From: Calditrichia bacterium
GTDB lineage: Bacteria; Calditrichota; Calditrichia; JAJRVZ01
DNA length: 64,000 nucleotides
Direction: 5' to 3'
Assembly: GCA_963777955.1 (NCBI GenBank)
Contig: CAVZSQ010000001.1
Span: 96,001 to 160,000, forward strand
Below the pieces are notes generated by a model. That model searched no databases, was not told where the DNA came from, and saw only the letters and a program-made list of their open reading frames with translations. The translations under genes and the position numbers were made by a program. Positions 31,245 through 43,142 of the stretch are shown here, one piece after another. Each line of letters starts with the position of its first letter. The stretch's first letter is position 1.

Positions 31245-34092
31245 TTACCTGATCAGGATCAATTTTTTTACCAGTAATTTTTGACCCGCTTCCAGACGGC
31301 AGATATATATTCCACTGGCAAATCCGCTGGCATTCCAGGTAGTCTTATAATCTCCGCGTGATAAAGGCTGCTCAAGGAGAGTGGCTACCAATTCACCAAG
31401 AATATTAAAAATCTGAATCCGCACCTGTGAATGCTGCGCAATTGAGAATTCAATGGTCGTAAGCGGATTGAATGGATTGGGATAGTTTTGATACAAATAA
31501 AATTTGTTCAGGCTGACAGTTTGGTCTTCAATAGCGGTACCCTGGGAGAATTGCAGCCAGTTTAATTGGAAGCCTCCCTGCACAGCCTGCATTCTCAGTA
31601 TTTGATCTCCTGCGGAAAGTTGAACGGTGCTTGATACGGTTTCCCAGGTATTAAATGATCCGGTGACCGGTAATGTTAAGATTGATATGGCAGCGCCGCT
31701 GATCCATAATTGAATCTGGCCCGTATCGGCAGCACTTGATACACGGTATTCCACTGTATATAAACCGGATTGAGTGACGTTTACATAATAATCGGCCCAA
31801 TCCCCGTCATTGATACTGGACAATGATTTTCCAGCCCCAATATCAGAACAGATCTTTGTCGAAATACCCGTCTGGTAATAATACATCTCTGCTTCGATTT
31901 TATTCGGGATGAAATGAATATATTTATAATCATGCAATAGGTTGTAAACAGGAAAATTTTCAAACGCACCTAACTGACCTCCATCATAAGCCTGGACATT
32001 ACCCGGAGTATAGGAGATGGTATAATTTGCTGTTCTCTGCAGGCTATCCTGCAGGGTCAGAACAATGGTGGTAGAATCGTCGGTATTAAGATTCAGAGCG
32101 GTAATAGTGAGTGGAGTCTCGTCGTTAAGCATTACCGAAAATCCTGCCGGGAAACCAGCCGGGCCGCTCATCTTTTTATTAAAAGATATTTCGATATCCT
32201 GGCCAAATATAGACGTGCTGGCTGAATACACCTCGGGAGGAGAGCCTGACGGAGAATCATCCAGTGATGTGAGTCCATAACCATAAGCAAAAAGGGGATC
32301 ATACGAGGTATCTCCGATATTGATCGGGATTTGCGTAAGGTTGCGAGGCCAGGTTTGAGATAAAAGTCCGCTCGGTTGATAATCACCGAAAAGCACATCG
32401 CTGATTCCCTGACCTTCACTGCCTGGCAGCCAGGCTGCGATGAGTGCATCGCACTGATGAAGCAAAGGGTTAATAATCATTGGACGCCCGGATACCAGAA
32501 TAACGATAACAGGTATACCGCAACTCTTTATATTGCGGACACACTCTATATCAATTAAGTCGAGATTTAGCCTGCCATCACCCGCAACTTCGGCATAAGG
32601 CAATTCCCCGATGACCGCAATCCCGATATCGGCACCAGCCGCACCATACCCATTTTCCGAATAGGTGATCTCTGCTTCAGGGGCTGCCTGTTGGATTGCT
32701 TCCATGATGGTTGTGCCGATGGTAATATCACCGCTTGAACCCTGCCAGGTGATAGTCCATCCACCGCACTGGTAACCCAAATTGTCGGCATGTCGCCCGG
32801 ACATATGGATGCGCTTAATATCTTTAGGAACAGGTAAAACCCCATCTTTCTTTTTTAAGACGACCAGGGATTGTCGTACGCATTCACGGGCGACTGCACG
32901 ATGTTCTGCGGAACCTACCTGATCCAATAAAGATCTCTGTGCATAAGGATGTTCGAAAAGACCCATGCGGAATTTTTGGATCAGAATTCTTTTCACCGCA
33001 TCATCTATGCGGGCCTGGGAGATAATCTCCTGGTTGACCAGGGTGCGCAGAGTATCGACAAAAGTGCGGTAGGTATAATTTCCGTAGATAGACACCATGG
33101 CCATATCCAGACCAGCATTGATCGATTTGCTAATGGTAGCTCGATAGGTACCACCGGCCAGTAAAAAACTATTATAGTCGGAGATAACCAGACCTTCAAA
33201 ACCGAGTTCTTCCTTTAAGAGTGTGGTTAGTAAATAGTAATGGCCATGACAAGGGGCTCCATTCCATGTACTCTGCGATACCATGATAGAACCGACCTTC
33301 TGTTCTATCGCGGCCAGATATCCCGGCAGATGGATCGCGCGCAGCGTCTGTTCATCACACTGGGTATCTCCGGCATTAGTCCCGCCAGTCGTTCCTCCGT
33401 CCCCAAGGTAATGCTTGGCACAGGCCAGAATATCCATCTTCGCGGATAGGGTATCGCCCTGAAAACCAGGTACAACAGCCGCCGCCATCTCTGCCACCAG
33501 GTCGGGATTTTCTGCATACGATTCGTAGGTTCGGCCCCAGTTTTCATTTCTGGCCACGGCAACCACAGGGCCAAGAACCCAGTCCATCCCGGTGGCCGCC
33601 ATCTCTTGGGCCGTAACTTGTGCAGCCTGTGCGACCAGTTGCGGATTTCGGGTACAACCCATACCAATATTATGAGGGAAGACCGTTGCACCATAGACCG
33701 CCCCGATTCCATGAATTGCATCAAGGGAAAAAAGAAGGGGAATACCAAGGCGGGTCTGCATGGCATAGGATTGAAACTGGTCATAGAGATCAGCCCATTC
33801 TTGCGCTGTTTTATCGCCAGGACCGTCATTGGCTGCAGCTAACAGCGAACCAAGACCATAGGACTGTATATCCCCTGCTGCACTCAGAACTGGATACTCC
33901 ACCTGAACCATCTGACCAATTTTTTCATCCAGGGTCATCCTGCCCAGCAGATCGGCAACCCTTGCTTCGACCGTAGCTGTAGAATCCAGATAGATCTGTG
34001 CTATACCTGCATTAAATAATAGCATAATGATTAGCATGATTGCCAGGAGATAATGTGATTTTACCTTTTGATATTACCATTTTTTGATTCAT
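31245..34092 (-). CDS. GH3 beta-glucosidase with CBM6-like module and C-terminal sorting domain; signal peptide frameshifted
   Basis: MTLDEKIGQM, DAIHG, FPHNIG, WGRTYES, ACAKHYLGDGG, VISDY, GELPYAE, AAWLPGSEG; IEAE...GDWADY...FQLNW; NYPNPFNP. Confidence 0.93.
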
Positions 34093-34128
34093 GCCTGATT
34101 ACTCCTGTTGACGGAATAATTTTATATT

Positions 34129-34155
34129 GCAGGGGCGAATAATTATTCGCCCGTA
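34129..34155. repeat. GTAG-type REP palindrome
   Basis: GCAGGGGCGAATAATTATTCGCCCGTA. Confidence 0.7.
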
Positions 34156-34245
34156 ACTGAATTACGAATTTATTCTTGTCAAATTATTGCAGATACAGAG
34201 GCAATTTATAAACTGCTTACCAGTCTGTATATTAATTCAAATTTC

Positions 34246-34273
34246 GCAGGGGCGATTCATGAATCGCCCCTAC
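34246..34273. repeat. GTAG-type REP palindrome
   Basis: GCAGGGGCGATTCATGAATCGCCCCTAC. Confidence 0.75.
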
Positions 34274-34287
34274 CGAAACCGGTTGTT

Positions 34288-36269
34288 TTATTTTAACACG
34301 ATCATTTTTTTAGATTCATTGTATGAGCCGGCAATCAATCTGTAAAAATAGACACCACTGGGCAGATCGTTGGCATTAAATTGAATCTGATAAGCACCAG
34401 CCGCCTTAAACTCGTTAACCAGGGTGGCGATTTCACGTCCCAGGTCATCATAAATCTTAAGTGAAATCAATCCGGGCTCTGATATCTCATAACTGATGGT
34501 CGTGACCGGATTGAAGGGATTGGGATAATTCTGCTGCAGGACAAAATCAGATACGGCGATTTCCCCGGACGGCAGGGAAGTCGGGATGCCGTGCACCTGC
34601 AAAAGTTCGATACCCTCGCCATTCTGCAGATTGCGGGTATATTGTTTAGCGGTAGAGTTATTCCAGTGCTCGTGTACACCCAGACTCTGCAGAGCAACAA
34701 CATCCCCCTCGGGATCATAGGTGGTTCCGGAAGGTGGAGCACCGGCCTGTGATCCCTCATGCAGATAATTATCAACGGCGCCATAGACATAAATCATATT
34801 AGCATTGACTGCCTGTTCGGTACGGTAGAAATCAAGTCCGACCGACTCAATGGCGATATTATCCTGAGAAAGAAATATACTGGAAGTCCAGTCGTTGTTA
34901 AAAGGTGCAGATTGCCATTTACTGGCACTTGATACCGCAGCCTGTTCGGATTCCACACCGTACAAGCCATCGATCATAAACAATACCGTTTTGCGTCCGA
35001 CGTCTTTGTGTCCCATCAGATCAACCAGCGTATTATAGGTACCCATCGGTCTGCCGTAGAAACTCCACTCAGGGCCTGCAGAGATATCATGGACAGCAGT
35101 ATAATAATGTAATCCTGCAGCATGGGGGGCATTTGTAGAAGGCTGGCCCTGCGGATCATTAGCACTAATCGTACCAAAATGGTTTTTAGAGCAAAAAGTT
35201 ACCCCCATATATCGATGCGCCTTGAAATTAGCCAGACTGATGATGTAGGTAGCCTGGGTTACCGCGGTAGGTAAGTATGCTGTTTGTCCGCCGTTTACCT
35301 CTTCGGTAAGTTCTTCACTCCAGTGAATATAAGTTGTATCGCGTACATATTGCTCCCGGCCGTTTTGTGTGCTCCAGCCCATGAAATGCACACCGGGAAA
35401 TTCAGTTTTACACCGGGTATAAATGGCATCCGGAACTATAACGGTTAGAATCGTAAAAAGTAATATCGGCAGCCGATACACCTGCCTGGTTCACTAATTG
35501 CCGGAGCAAGGCAAGTACTGCATGCGGAGAAGGGAACGATTTATTGCCGGGATTAGCTGGTTGTACTGACCTGATTTAAATTTATCTTGATGGCTATCTT
35601 TTCACCGGATGTATAACCGACAGAGCCCCGGCCATGCTGTTCATTGAAATATTTGAACAGTGCAGCCCAGGCTCCGGCATCCGTAATTTCACCGGTTAAA
35701 GCAAGCAAGGATTTTGATAACATTGAATCTACTGTGGCCTGGTTGTTATAGGCGTCGCTCCACCAATAGTTTGAACTTCCATCCCAGCTGGTGGCGTTAG
35801 CATCCCACATCCAGGTAACCCGTCCCGGGAATATGCCTTTGGCTGTACCCATCGGGCTATTTGCGGGTTCCGTTGGCACGAATAGAGAATCACCCATAAC
35901 GGAATAAGCATATGATTCAGTGCCTGTATTAAGGGTGGTGAATAGGGCTGCGGTTATACCAACCAGCAGCAGAATCATGGCAGGAATATAGTGGGATTTG
36001 CGTAGATAATGCCCGGCTTTTTTAAAGGAAAACAGCGTGACCGCCAGTCCGGCTATGTAGACTAGAAAACCACCGGCCAGAGGGGTTGCCACCTGCATAC
36101 AGGGATATTGAGCGCGGCTTGGTTTGGGCAGGACGCGTACCAGTACCCAGATCAGCGCTGCCAGTCCGGTTAACAGGAACAACAACCGGAAAAATTTATT
36201 GTTGTTAAAATGATGTTGATATTTGGAGATCCAGTGGTGGTGCTGATGCGAAGAAGTAAATAATTTCAT
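34288..36269 (-). CDS. DUF362-domain protein with N-terminal TM segments and C-terminal sorting domain; frameshifts at 35440-35560
   Basis: RVLPKPSRA.YPC, GIFPGRV.W, KIAIKINLN, K.H...GVTFC.KNHFG, DLMGH, HEHWNN, NYPNPFNP. Confidence 0.8.
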
Positions 36270-36304
36270 GTATTAATCCTTTCTGTATATAGATTATATG
36301 AGTG

Positions 36305-37039
36305 TCAGGCTATTCCCGTGCGCAGCCATCTGGCCCAGTCGGGGCGGTTATTTTTTTCTGCCGTTCTGGCGGCTGTTTCAAAATCATACGGAACGGCAAT
36401 ATGTTCAAACGTATAATTCCGCTTCAGATCCAGAACACAATATCTGGCCCTGGGTGAAAAACTCTCCATGCGGTGCGGTAGCGGCTGGTCGTCACTGTAA
36501 GCCGGTAAGCCCACACTGCCCGGATTTATTAATATTTTATCGGGCAGTTCCACCAGTCTGGGACAATGACTGTGTCCGCAGACAATTATTTCTTCTTTAA
36601 TGTTTTTAATATAAGAAAATAATGAATCAAAATCTTTAATTCCTACATGTCCGGGCCAGAGTCGTTCAATCAGGTATTCATCATCCTTCTCCGGCGTGCC
36701 ATGACATAAAAATACTTTATTGGCAACGGACCGGGTTGATTCTAAATCGGCAAGCCAGTTTATTGCCCCCTGATCGAGCACCTGTAAAGTGTATTTTAAA
36801 GTTGGATTTGCCGCTTCATTCCCTGACGAAACTATAATGTCTCTGTCCTGATTTCCGCGGATACTTTTGATGTTCTCTCTGCGGAGTAATTCAAATGTTC
36901 CCTGCGGATCAAGCGGCCCGTATAAACTGTCGCCTAGGTCGAATACACCGGTTATACCTTTTCTGGTGATGTCGGACAGGACTGCTTTCAAGGCCCAGGA
37001 GTTACCATGAATATCTGAAATAAATGCTATTTTCATCAA
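36305..37039 (-). CDS. Metallophosphoesterase (YfcE/MJ0936-like)
   Basis: ISDIHGN, LGD, RGNQD, CHGTP, CGHSH, NPGSVG. Confidence 0.92.
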   Translation of the reverse strand: MMKIAFISDIHGNSWALKAVLSDITRKGITGVFDLGDSLYGPLDPQGTFELLRRENIKSIRGNQDRDIIVSSGNEAANPTLKYTLQVLDQGAINWLADLESTRSVANKVFLCHGTPEKDDEYLIERLWPGHVGIKDFDSLFSYIKNIKEEIIVCGHSHCPRLVELPDKILINPGSVGLPAYSDDQPLPHRMESFSPRARYCVLDLKRNYTFEHIAVPYDFETAARTAEKNNRPDWARWLRTGIA

Positions 37040-37246
37040 GATCGGCTTTTGATTTAATGATTAAATAGGCGGAACTCAGTCTCTGATAATAAATAAAAAT
37101 AGTAATCAGTCATTAAATAGAATAATCGAAGGGAAATTGAAAATCAGCAATTATTTTTATTAAAATAGTCCTAAGGCAGTAACATGATGGCATATTCCAG
37201 TTGTTTCATAATATGTTTTGCGGTGTTTACCGGGTAAAAATAATTA

Positions 37247-37717
37247 TCAGGATTGATGAGATTGAATGACCTTCCACTGATCATTGAGCCGGGCATAGAC
37301 AAACGACCAGAGAAATCTGGCATTAAATGTCTTGCCGTCAGCGGCATCCACCCTGGCTTCGCCGCAGGCAGTCAGTAGTGCCAGCGAACCGGAAAGTACC
37401 GTTATTTTTTTCTTTTGTAATGATATAGTCTGCCGGAGTACACCCTGAGCTCTGCTGGTAAAATTGTTCATTAATGAATCAAATTGAGCATAATATGCAC
37501 CGTTCGTTATAAATCCCGCCTGATAACGGTCATCGACTCCCTGCTGTAGTTTTTGGGCATCCAGAGTTTCGGCTGCTTTTACCATTATAGTGAAAACAGA
37601 ATCGATCTCCTGCTCAATTCTTGATACCTGTTTGCCGGCCAGGTTTTGGGTGGAGGAACAGTCAATTAAAAAACAGATAATGAAACCAGTGATTAAAATA
37701 AATACAAATATTTTCAT
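37247..37717 (-). CDS. NTF2-like (DUF4440/SnoaL-type) lipoprotein
   Basis: Lipoprotein-like signal ending in Cys; C-terminal WSFVY....QWKVIQSHQS. Confidence 0.7.
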   Translation of the reverse strand: MKIFVFILITGFIICFLIDCSSTQNLAGKQVSRIEQEIDSVFTIMVKAAETLDAQKLQQGVDDRYQAGFITNGAYYAQFDSLMNNFTSRAQGVLRQTISLQKKKITVLSGSLALLTACGEARVDAADGKTFNARFLWSFVYARLNDQWKVIQSHQS

Positions 37718-37759
37718 CTTGATATCCTTTATTAAATGATTTTACCGTAGTTATTAACC

Positions 37760-39216
37760 TCACATTGAAGGGAATACCTTTACTTTCATCACCTGTAGAA
37801 ATCTACTGGTACGATGCCAGGTGTACTGCAGATGCAAATAAAGATGCTTTAGAAATCTGCCTGTATTCTCAAAAGACATTTTCAATAAAAACATTTCGGT
37901 ACCAATTAATCTTTTAAAAAACAGGTTTATAATCAATAAAAGCATATGACCGGGCCCTAAACCCTTTTGAAAAAGAATAGGCATATCGCCAGGTTCAAAG
38001 ATCATCAGGTTTTTTATATTTATGGCCGATTTTACCCATGAAAATTTATCGGAAAAACAGCCCGCTTCCCGGCAGGTTTTCTCCAGACGCGTACCGGGAT
38101 AAATTCTCATGCCCACTGTCACGGCAAAGAAATCAATTTTTGGCTTATTCTTTTGCATGAATTGAATGTCTTCCAGGCATTCCTGATAAGTTTGACCGAA
38201 ATGGCCGAAGGTAAAAAATACTTTCGATTTAATATTTAAAGCCCTGCACATTGACAGTACGTCCAGGACCTGCTGGGGAGAAATCCCTTTGGCTATCTTG
38301 TTAAGATGTGTTTGACTTGAAGTTTCCATCCCCACGTTAATATAATAACAACCGCTGTCGCGCATGATCCTGAGCAGGTCATAGTCCACCGTATCAGCTC
38401 TACTTCGCACTCCCAGGACAAATGGAATTGCCTGATCAAATTGCAAAACAGCAGAGCATGTTCTCGATTGGCCGTAAATGTGCTGTCAAAAATTTTTAAT
38501 CCGCTGAGTCGCCGGTGGGAAAGCAGGTACTCTATTTCAGTACCAATACTATCCATATCCCGGTAATAAGCGCCACCGGGGAACATCCGTGATGCTGCAC
38601 AAAAGTTACAGGCAGCAGGACACCCGCGGGAGGTGATGATGAAATCCCCCGGGCCGCCGATAAAATCCATCTCCATATTATAAGCATGCGGAAGCAAGTC
38701 CCGGTCCGGTATGGGTAGTACCGACAGGTTCTTGATCCGTTGTGACCTGGAGGTCATGATCTCTCCATTGTCCCTTCTGGCCAGACCGGGAATCGTGGCC
38801 AGCGATCCGTTATTCTTACCGGTCAGGTGGTTGCATAATGCCAGCAAGGAATATTCACCCTCTCCCAGAATTACATAATCAATCTGGGCAATATTCCGTA
38901 AGGTTTCCGGGGCTGTGAAGGAGGCGTGTACTCCGCCATAAACCACCGGGACGTCAGGTAAAACTTCTTTACTCAGTCGGGCAGTCAGAAAACTGGCCCG
39001 GCGACTGGGTGTGGTTCCACCGATGCCGATTACTTTTGGTCGCAAAGTCAATAGATCGCGGCGATAATCGCGATGATAGTGATTGAAGTCGATAATGTGC
39101 ACATTATATCCTGCCTGTTTCAGTACTGTTCCGGTACTTACTAAACCCAGAGGGATCATGGATTGAAACAGGCGAAGTCCATCTGCCGGATACGTTAATA
39201 AAACATCGATGGACAT
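37760..39216 (-). CDS. Cobalamin-binding radical SAM protein; frameshift near 38400
   Basis: PLGL, GGVHAS, GEGE (B12 domain); TSRGCPAACNFC; second ORF RADTVD..LL..M..SGC..I.VG.E, YPGT.L. Confidence 0.9.
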
Positions 39217-39236
39217 TTATTTCCTCCCCAGAAGGT

Positions 39237-40148
39237 CTAAAAGATCAGCAGGCTAATAAAAGTAGTCAGCAGAAACAAAATTAACACTGCAATAATGTGC
39301 GATATTCCAATCATCGTTGTTTTGAGCAGGGTAGATATCCTGGTTTGCTTATACACATGACGCAGTGAGACGTACAAATACCAGGCCAGCACGAACGGTG
39401 CGGACAAAAGGATTAATGATAACAGTGGAATTTTACTCAGGGCTAACAGAATAAGCAGTAACAGAAAAGCAAAACTGTGATAATGTACAGAAAATATCAG
39501 TGCCCCGATAAAGTACTTCTCCTGTTTACGGAAAAAAATGTAGATCAGGAATCCGACCAGCGGCATCAGGATAAACATCATATAGGAAACACCCTTGATC
39601 ATCAGGTGTAAAAATTCCTTTTTCCCGCCGGTCCCGATCCGGGCGAGTTGCCTGACTATGAATTTGTTGAAAGTCGTGTTAGTGATATGTCGTACCTGCA
39701 TTATCGAATCCAACTGTGCTTCCTGAAAGCCGCGAAGTTCACTCGATTGAAGTCCAAAGTAAGTAATATTTAAACCGCGGGACTTTACTTGCCCTGCTTC
39801 CGTTTCGTTACCTGCAGGTCTGCCGGAAGGGAGGGTTAAAAAAAGGAAAAATAAAAAACTGATGAAGATGTAGAAACGCATCGGTTTAACATAGCTGGCG
39901 CGCTTGCCTCGAACGAACTCGGCGGTTAGAAATCCCGGTTTGAATAGCAGTGCTTTCAAAGTCCTGGCGGATCTGGTGTCGATATGAAAAATTGTTTCAG
40001 CCGCCTCTTTGACCAGGTGCCGGAACGGGGCATTCAGATCGTAATTTTCCTGACCGCAGTCGGGACAATAATTAGTACGTTCTGAAGCATTTCCAAACCG
40101 GTAGCCGCAGTTGGGGCAGGCTTGACTTTTAAATCGTCTTTTGGCCAT
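39237..40148 (-). CDS. DUF3667 domain membrane protein
   Basis: CPNCG...YCPDCGQ, TLK.LLFKPG.LT.EF..GKR..Y..P.R.YIF.S. Confidence 0.88.
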   Translation of the reverse strand: MAKRRFKSQACPNCGYRFGNASERTNYCPDCGQENYDLNAPFRHLVKEAAETIFHIDTRSARTLKALLFKPGFLTAEFVRGKRASYVKPMRFYIFISFLFFLFLTLPSGRPAGNETEAGQVKSRGLNITYFGLQSSELRGFQEAQLDSIMQVRHITNTTFNKFIVRQLARIGTGGKKEFLHLMIKGVSYMMFILMPLVGFLIYIFFRKQEKYFIGALIFSVHYHSFAFLLLLILLALSKIPLLSLILLSAPFVLAWYLYVSLRHVYKQTRISTLLKTTMIGISHIIAVLILFLLTTFISLLIF

Positions 40149-40185
40149 CGTCTTCCAGTTAATGTGAATTTTAAGTAAATACCAT

Positions 40186-40656
40186 CTATCTTAATTTATA
40201 TTCAAAATATTTTACATTTTTCATGGGATTATTATAATAGGGTGCTATTTCTTTAAAACCGGCCTGTGTATATATCCGGATTGCAGTTTTCATTGTATCC
40301 AGAGTATCAAGCCGCATTCTTGAATATCCGATTTCCACAGACTTTCTTGATGATTCTCCTGGTTAATTCCTTGCCTATTTCTTTACCCTGATATTCCGGT
40401 TTGACGAATAATCGTTTCATCTCGCAGATGGAATTGGTGATCGGTCTCAAGGCCACACATCCGATACATATCTCTTTATCGTAAACCAGAATGATGCAAC
40501 CTTGTGGCGACGAATACTTGCCGGGTAGCTGTCCAGCTCGGTTTGAAAATCCTGAAAACAAAGATCGATACCTATGTAATTCTGATATTCGATAAAAATA
40601 GATCTGGCGTCAGGAAAATGTTTGGTGGTATCAGCCTGAATAAAAGTAAAATTCAT
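40186..40656 (-). CDS. GNAT acetyltransferase; two frameshifts
   Basis: IDLCFQDFQ.EL, GCVALRP, CEMKRLFV.P..QG..IG, MRLDTL..M..A...Y...GF.EI.PYY.NP. Confidence 0.88.
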
Positions 40657-40696
40657 ATTAATAATAGTAGCCGTAATTCAATGTATTTATAATTTT

Positions 40697-41323
40697 AGTT
40701 TTCATAAATTGTTACAAGTAAATTTGAGCGAAACATTTGTCAGGGCGAAATTACTTTTTCGTCTTGATGGAAAACCTGCGGGAAACCGCTCCCGCAGTTT
40801 TGCTTTTACTTTTGGATGAGTAAAATCAAAATCCGATCCTCGTTGTAACTTGCCGATCTCGATTCCAAGTGTATTCTTAAATATTTTCCAGATCAGTTCT
40901 GAACAATAAATACGATCATCGGACCATTCAAAATAGATATCGTAATTTTTTCCAATGTATTTTCCGGCATCCTTGTGTATTTGACTTATAATATTTAAAG
41001 TTAATAATTTTTTTGCTTCTTTTAGTCGTTTGACAACAAAGTGGCCAGCCTTACCACGTGCAATCCACTTATTTAAAGGGGTTAATTTTACCGGTTGAAC
41101 AGACTTCCAGTACATAAAGTTCGTTGCCATTTTTATATAGCATACCCATATGAGAATACTTTGAATGGGTTACAATTTGTATAGCTTCACTCTGCGACGA
41201 CATGGAAGTTTGAAAAATAATATCTCCTTCCATCAGTTTTGATGTATCGAATTTCTGGCAAGCCAGGACAAGGAAAATCAGTATTATTAATAATGTCGGG
41301 AAATACTTTTTAAAAAGTTTCAT
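40697..41323 (-). CDS. YiiX/YebB permuted papain-like amidase; frameshifted
   Basis: GDIIFQTS.SSQS.AIQ..THSKYSHMG, YD..FEWSDDRIYCSELIWK. Confidence 0.88.
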
Positions 41324-41345
41324 CTATAGATTTGCAGATTTAATA

Positions 41346-41786
41346 TCAAATATTATTAAAATGTTTGCTAAGATTTTCGAATGATTTATTAAGGATTTTC
41401 TGCCACTGAGGTTTCATGATCAGCGAATCCACCCATGATGTGAAGAGAGGAAATGGTAATTCATATTCCAGAATGTAAGTCACTTTAGTTTGATTTCCCT
41501 GGACGGTAAAAATCCAATGAGTCTGGTGTGGCATTCCTTTAGTCGCCTGGCCATCCCAGCCGGCATTCGGCACAAAATTATGAATTTCTGTCTCAACCTC
41601 GGTATTAATACCCATCATTTTTACTTTGTAGGCATAACGGGCACCATTGCCGGTTAGGATTCCGCTGCACAGTTTAAAATCGGAAACCCCTTCAAACCAG
41701 TCTGCCCAATTCTGCCAATCAGAGACATATTTAAATACATCCGGCAATGGCGCCTGGATCAGAGCAGTAGTTTCAATTCGGGCCAT
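41346..41786 (-). CDS. SRPBCC (polyketide cyclase-like) protein
   Basis: I.AP...VF.YVSD..NW..W, T.V.Y..EY, START-like length and pattern. Confidence 0.75.
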   Translation of the reverse strand: MARIETTALIQAPLPDVFKYVSDWQNWADWFEGVSDFKLCSGILTGNGARYAYKVKMMGINTEVETEIHNFVPNAGWDGQATKGMPHQTHWIFTVQGNQTKVTYILEYELPFPLFTSWVDSLIMKPQWQKILNKSFENLSKHFNNI

Positions 41787-41861
41787 TTTTCTCCCTCAAA
41801 ATTTGATAAATTATCTGTTTATACAGACTTAAATAACGAATAATTTAAATATTTCTATATA

Positions 41862-42552
41862 TCAGACTCTCTGATTTTTGTCAGTGCGGGCTAATTGACC
41901 AATATCGGTATTCTCTAAAATCTTTTTATCATATCCTGCCATCGAAACCTGTATCATGGCCAGGCCCAAATCCGCCATTGTGCAGACATATTTCGGGAAA
42001 AGAATTTTCCATAATGGATAAAACTTGCCCAATATTCGTGATACGGTGTAAGCATTTTTCAATCCTTTGGTGGGTTTGATGAATCCCGGTCTGAACATGT
42101 AGGCCGCTTTGAAGGGCAGCTTTAACAAATCATTTTCCGTTTTTCCTTTCACTCTGGCCCAGCTGAGACGTCCCCGTTCCGTACTGTCGGTTCCTGCTCC
42201 AGATACGTAACAAAAGGTCATATCCGGATTGAGTTTTGCTAAGGTAGTTAGCTGCCTGCATGGTGAGATCATAGGTTATCCGCGAATATTCCTGTTCCTT
42301 CATTCCCAGCGAAGAAACACCAAGGCAGAAAAAACAGGCATTATAACCTTTTAACCGGTTTTCAATCAGCGTGTAGTCAAAAAAATCGTTATGCAGCAAT
42401 TCCTGCAGTTTGGGATGTTGCACCTGGCATGATCTTCGGCCAATCACCAGGACCGATTCCACGTCAGGATGTTGCAGGCATTCGTGCAGAACACCTTCGC
42501 CTACCATACCAGTGACGCCGAATAGTATTACCCTGATGTTCATTTTTGACAT
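41862..42552 (-). CDS. NAD-dependent epimerase / SDR-like protein; frameshift near 42255
   Basis: G.TGMVGEGVL.ECL, ACFFCLGVSS, YVSGAGTDS, WARVKGKTENDL, FRPG.I.P. Confidence 0.88.
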
Positions 42553-43134
42553 TTGGCGATCATGAAGATTTTATTCTTGGTAATTTTTTCAAAACTTTTT
42601 TTCAGACCAATTTCGTTAATTAAAGCATCAATTCCACCATTTTTGATGTATAATTTGAAATTTGTATTATGATTGTGTCCGCCCAGAAATTCAAAAAACC
42701 GGGTGATTAAACCAGCCCGGTTATCGGGTAATGGAGCAGCATAATCCAATATGATGACTTCCCCTGCAACATTTGTCATCTCCTGTAAAACCGCACATCC
42801 TAAAGCGAAGGGAAATTGATGCAGGCCCATTGATATTAGCACGGTGTTAAACTCATTTTGTTTAAACGGAAACGGTTTAGTGGCATCCGCTATCAAAAAT
42901 TCCACATTCTTGATTAATCGTTTTTGTTTAGTTTTATTAGCGGTATTGATCATGACCGCTGATTTATCAATGCCGATAACATGCTGTGCTTTCGTTGCTA
43001 TCAGGAATGATAAAGACTCCGGTTCCGCAGGCCACATCCAATACGGTTTGATCATTATTAATTATAGATTGAACCTTGGTATGCACAGACTGCAGAATCG
43101 GTTCTATAATAATTTTATATAGAAATCCTGTCAT
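42540..43134 (-). CDS. Class I SAM-dependent methyltransferase; frameshifted near 5' end
   Basis: VLDVACGTG in alternative frame, GIDKS..M, ADAT..PF, S.GLH. Confidence 0.75.
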
Positions 43135-43142
43135 CGTAAAAT

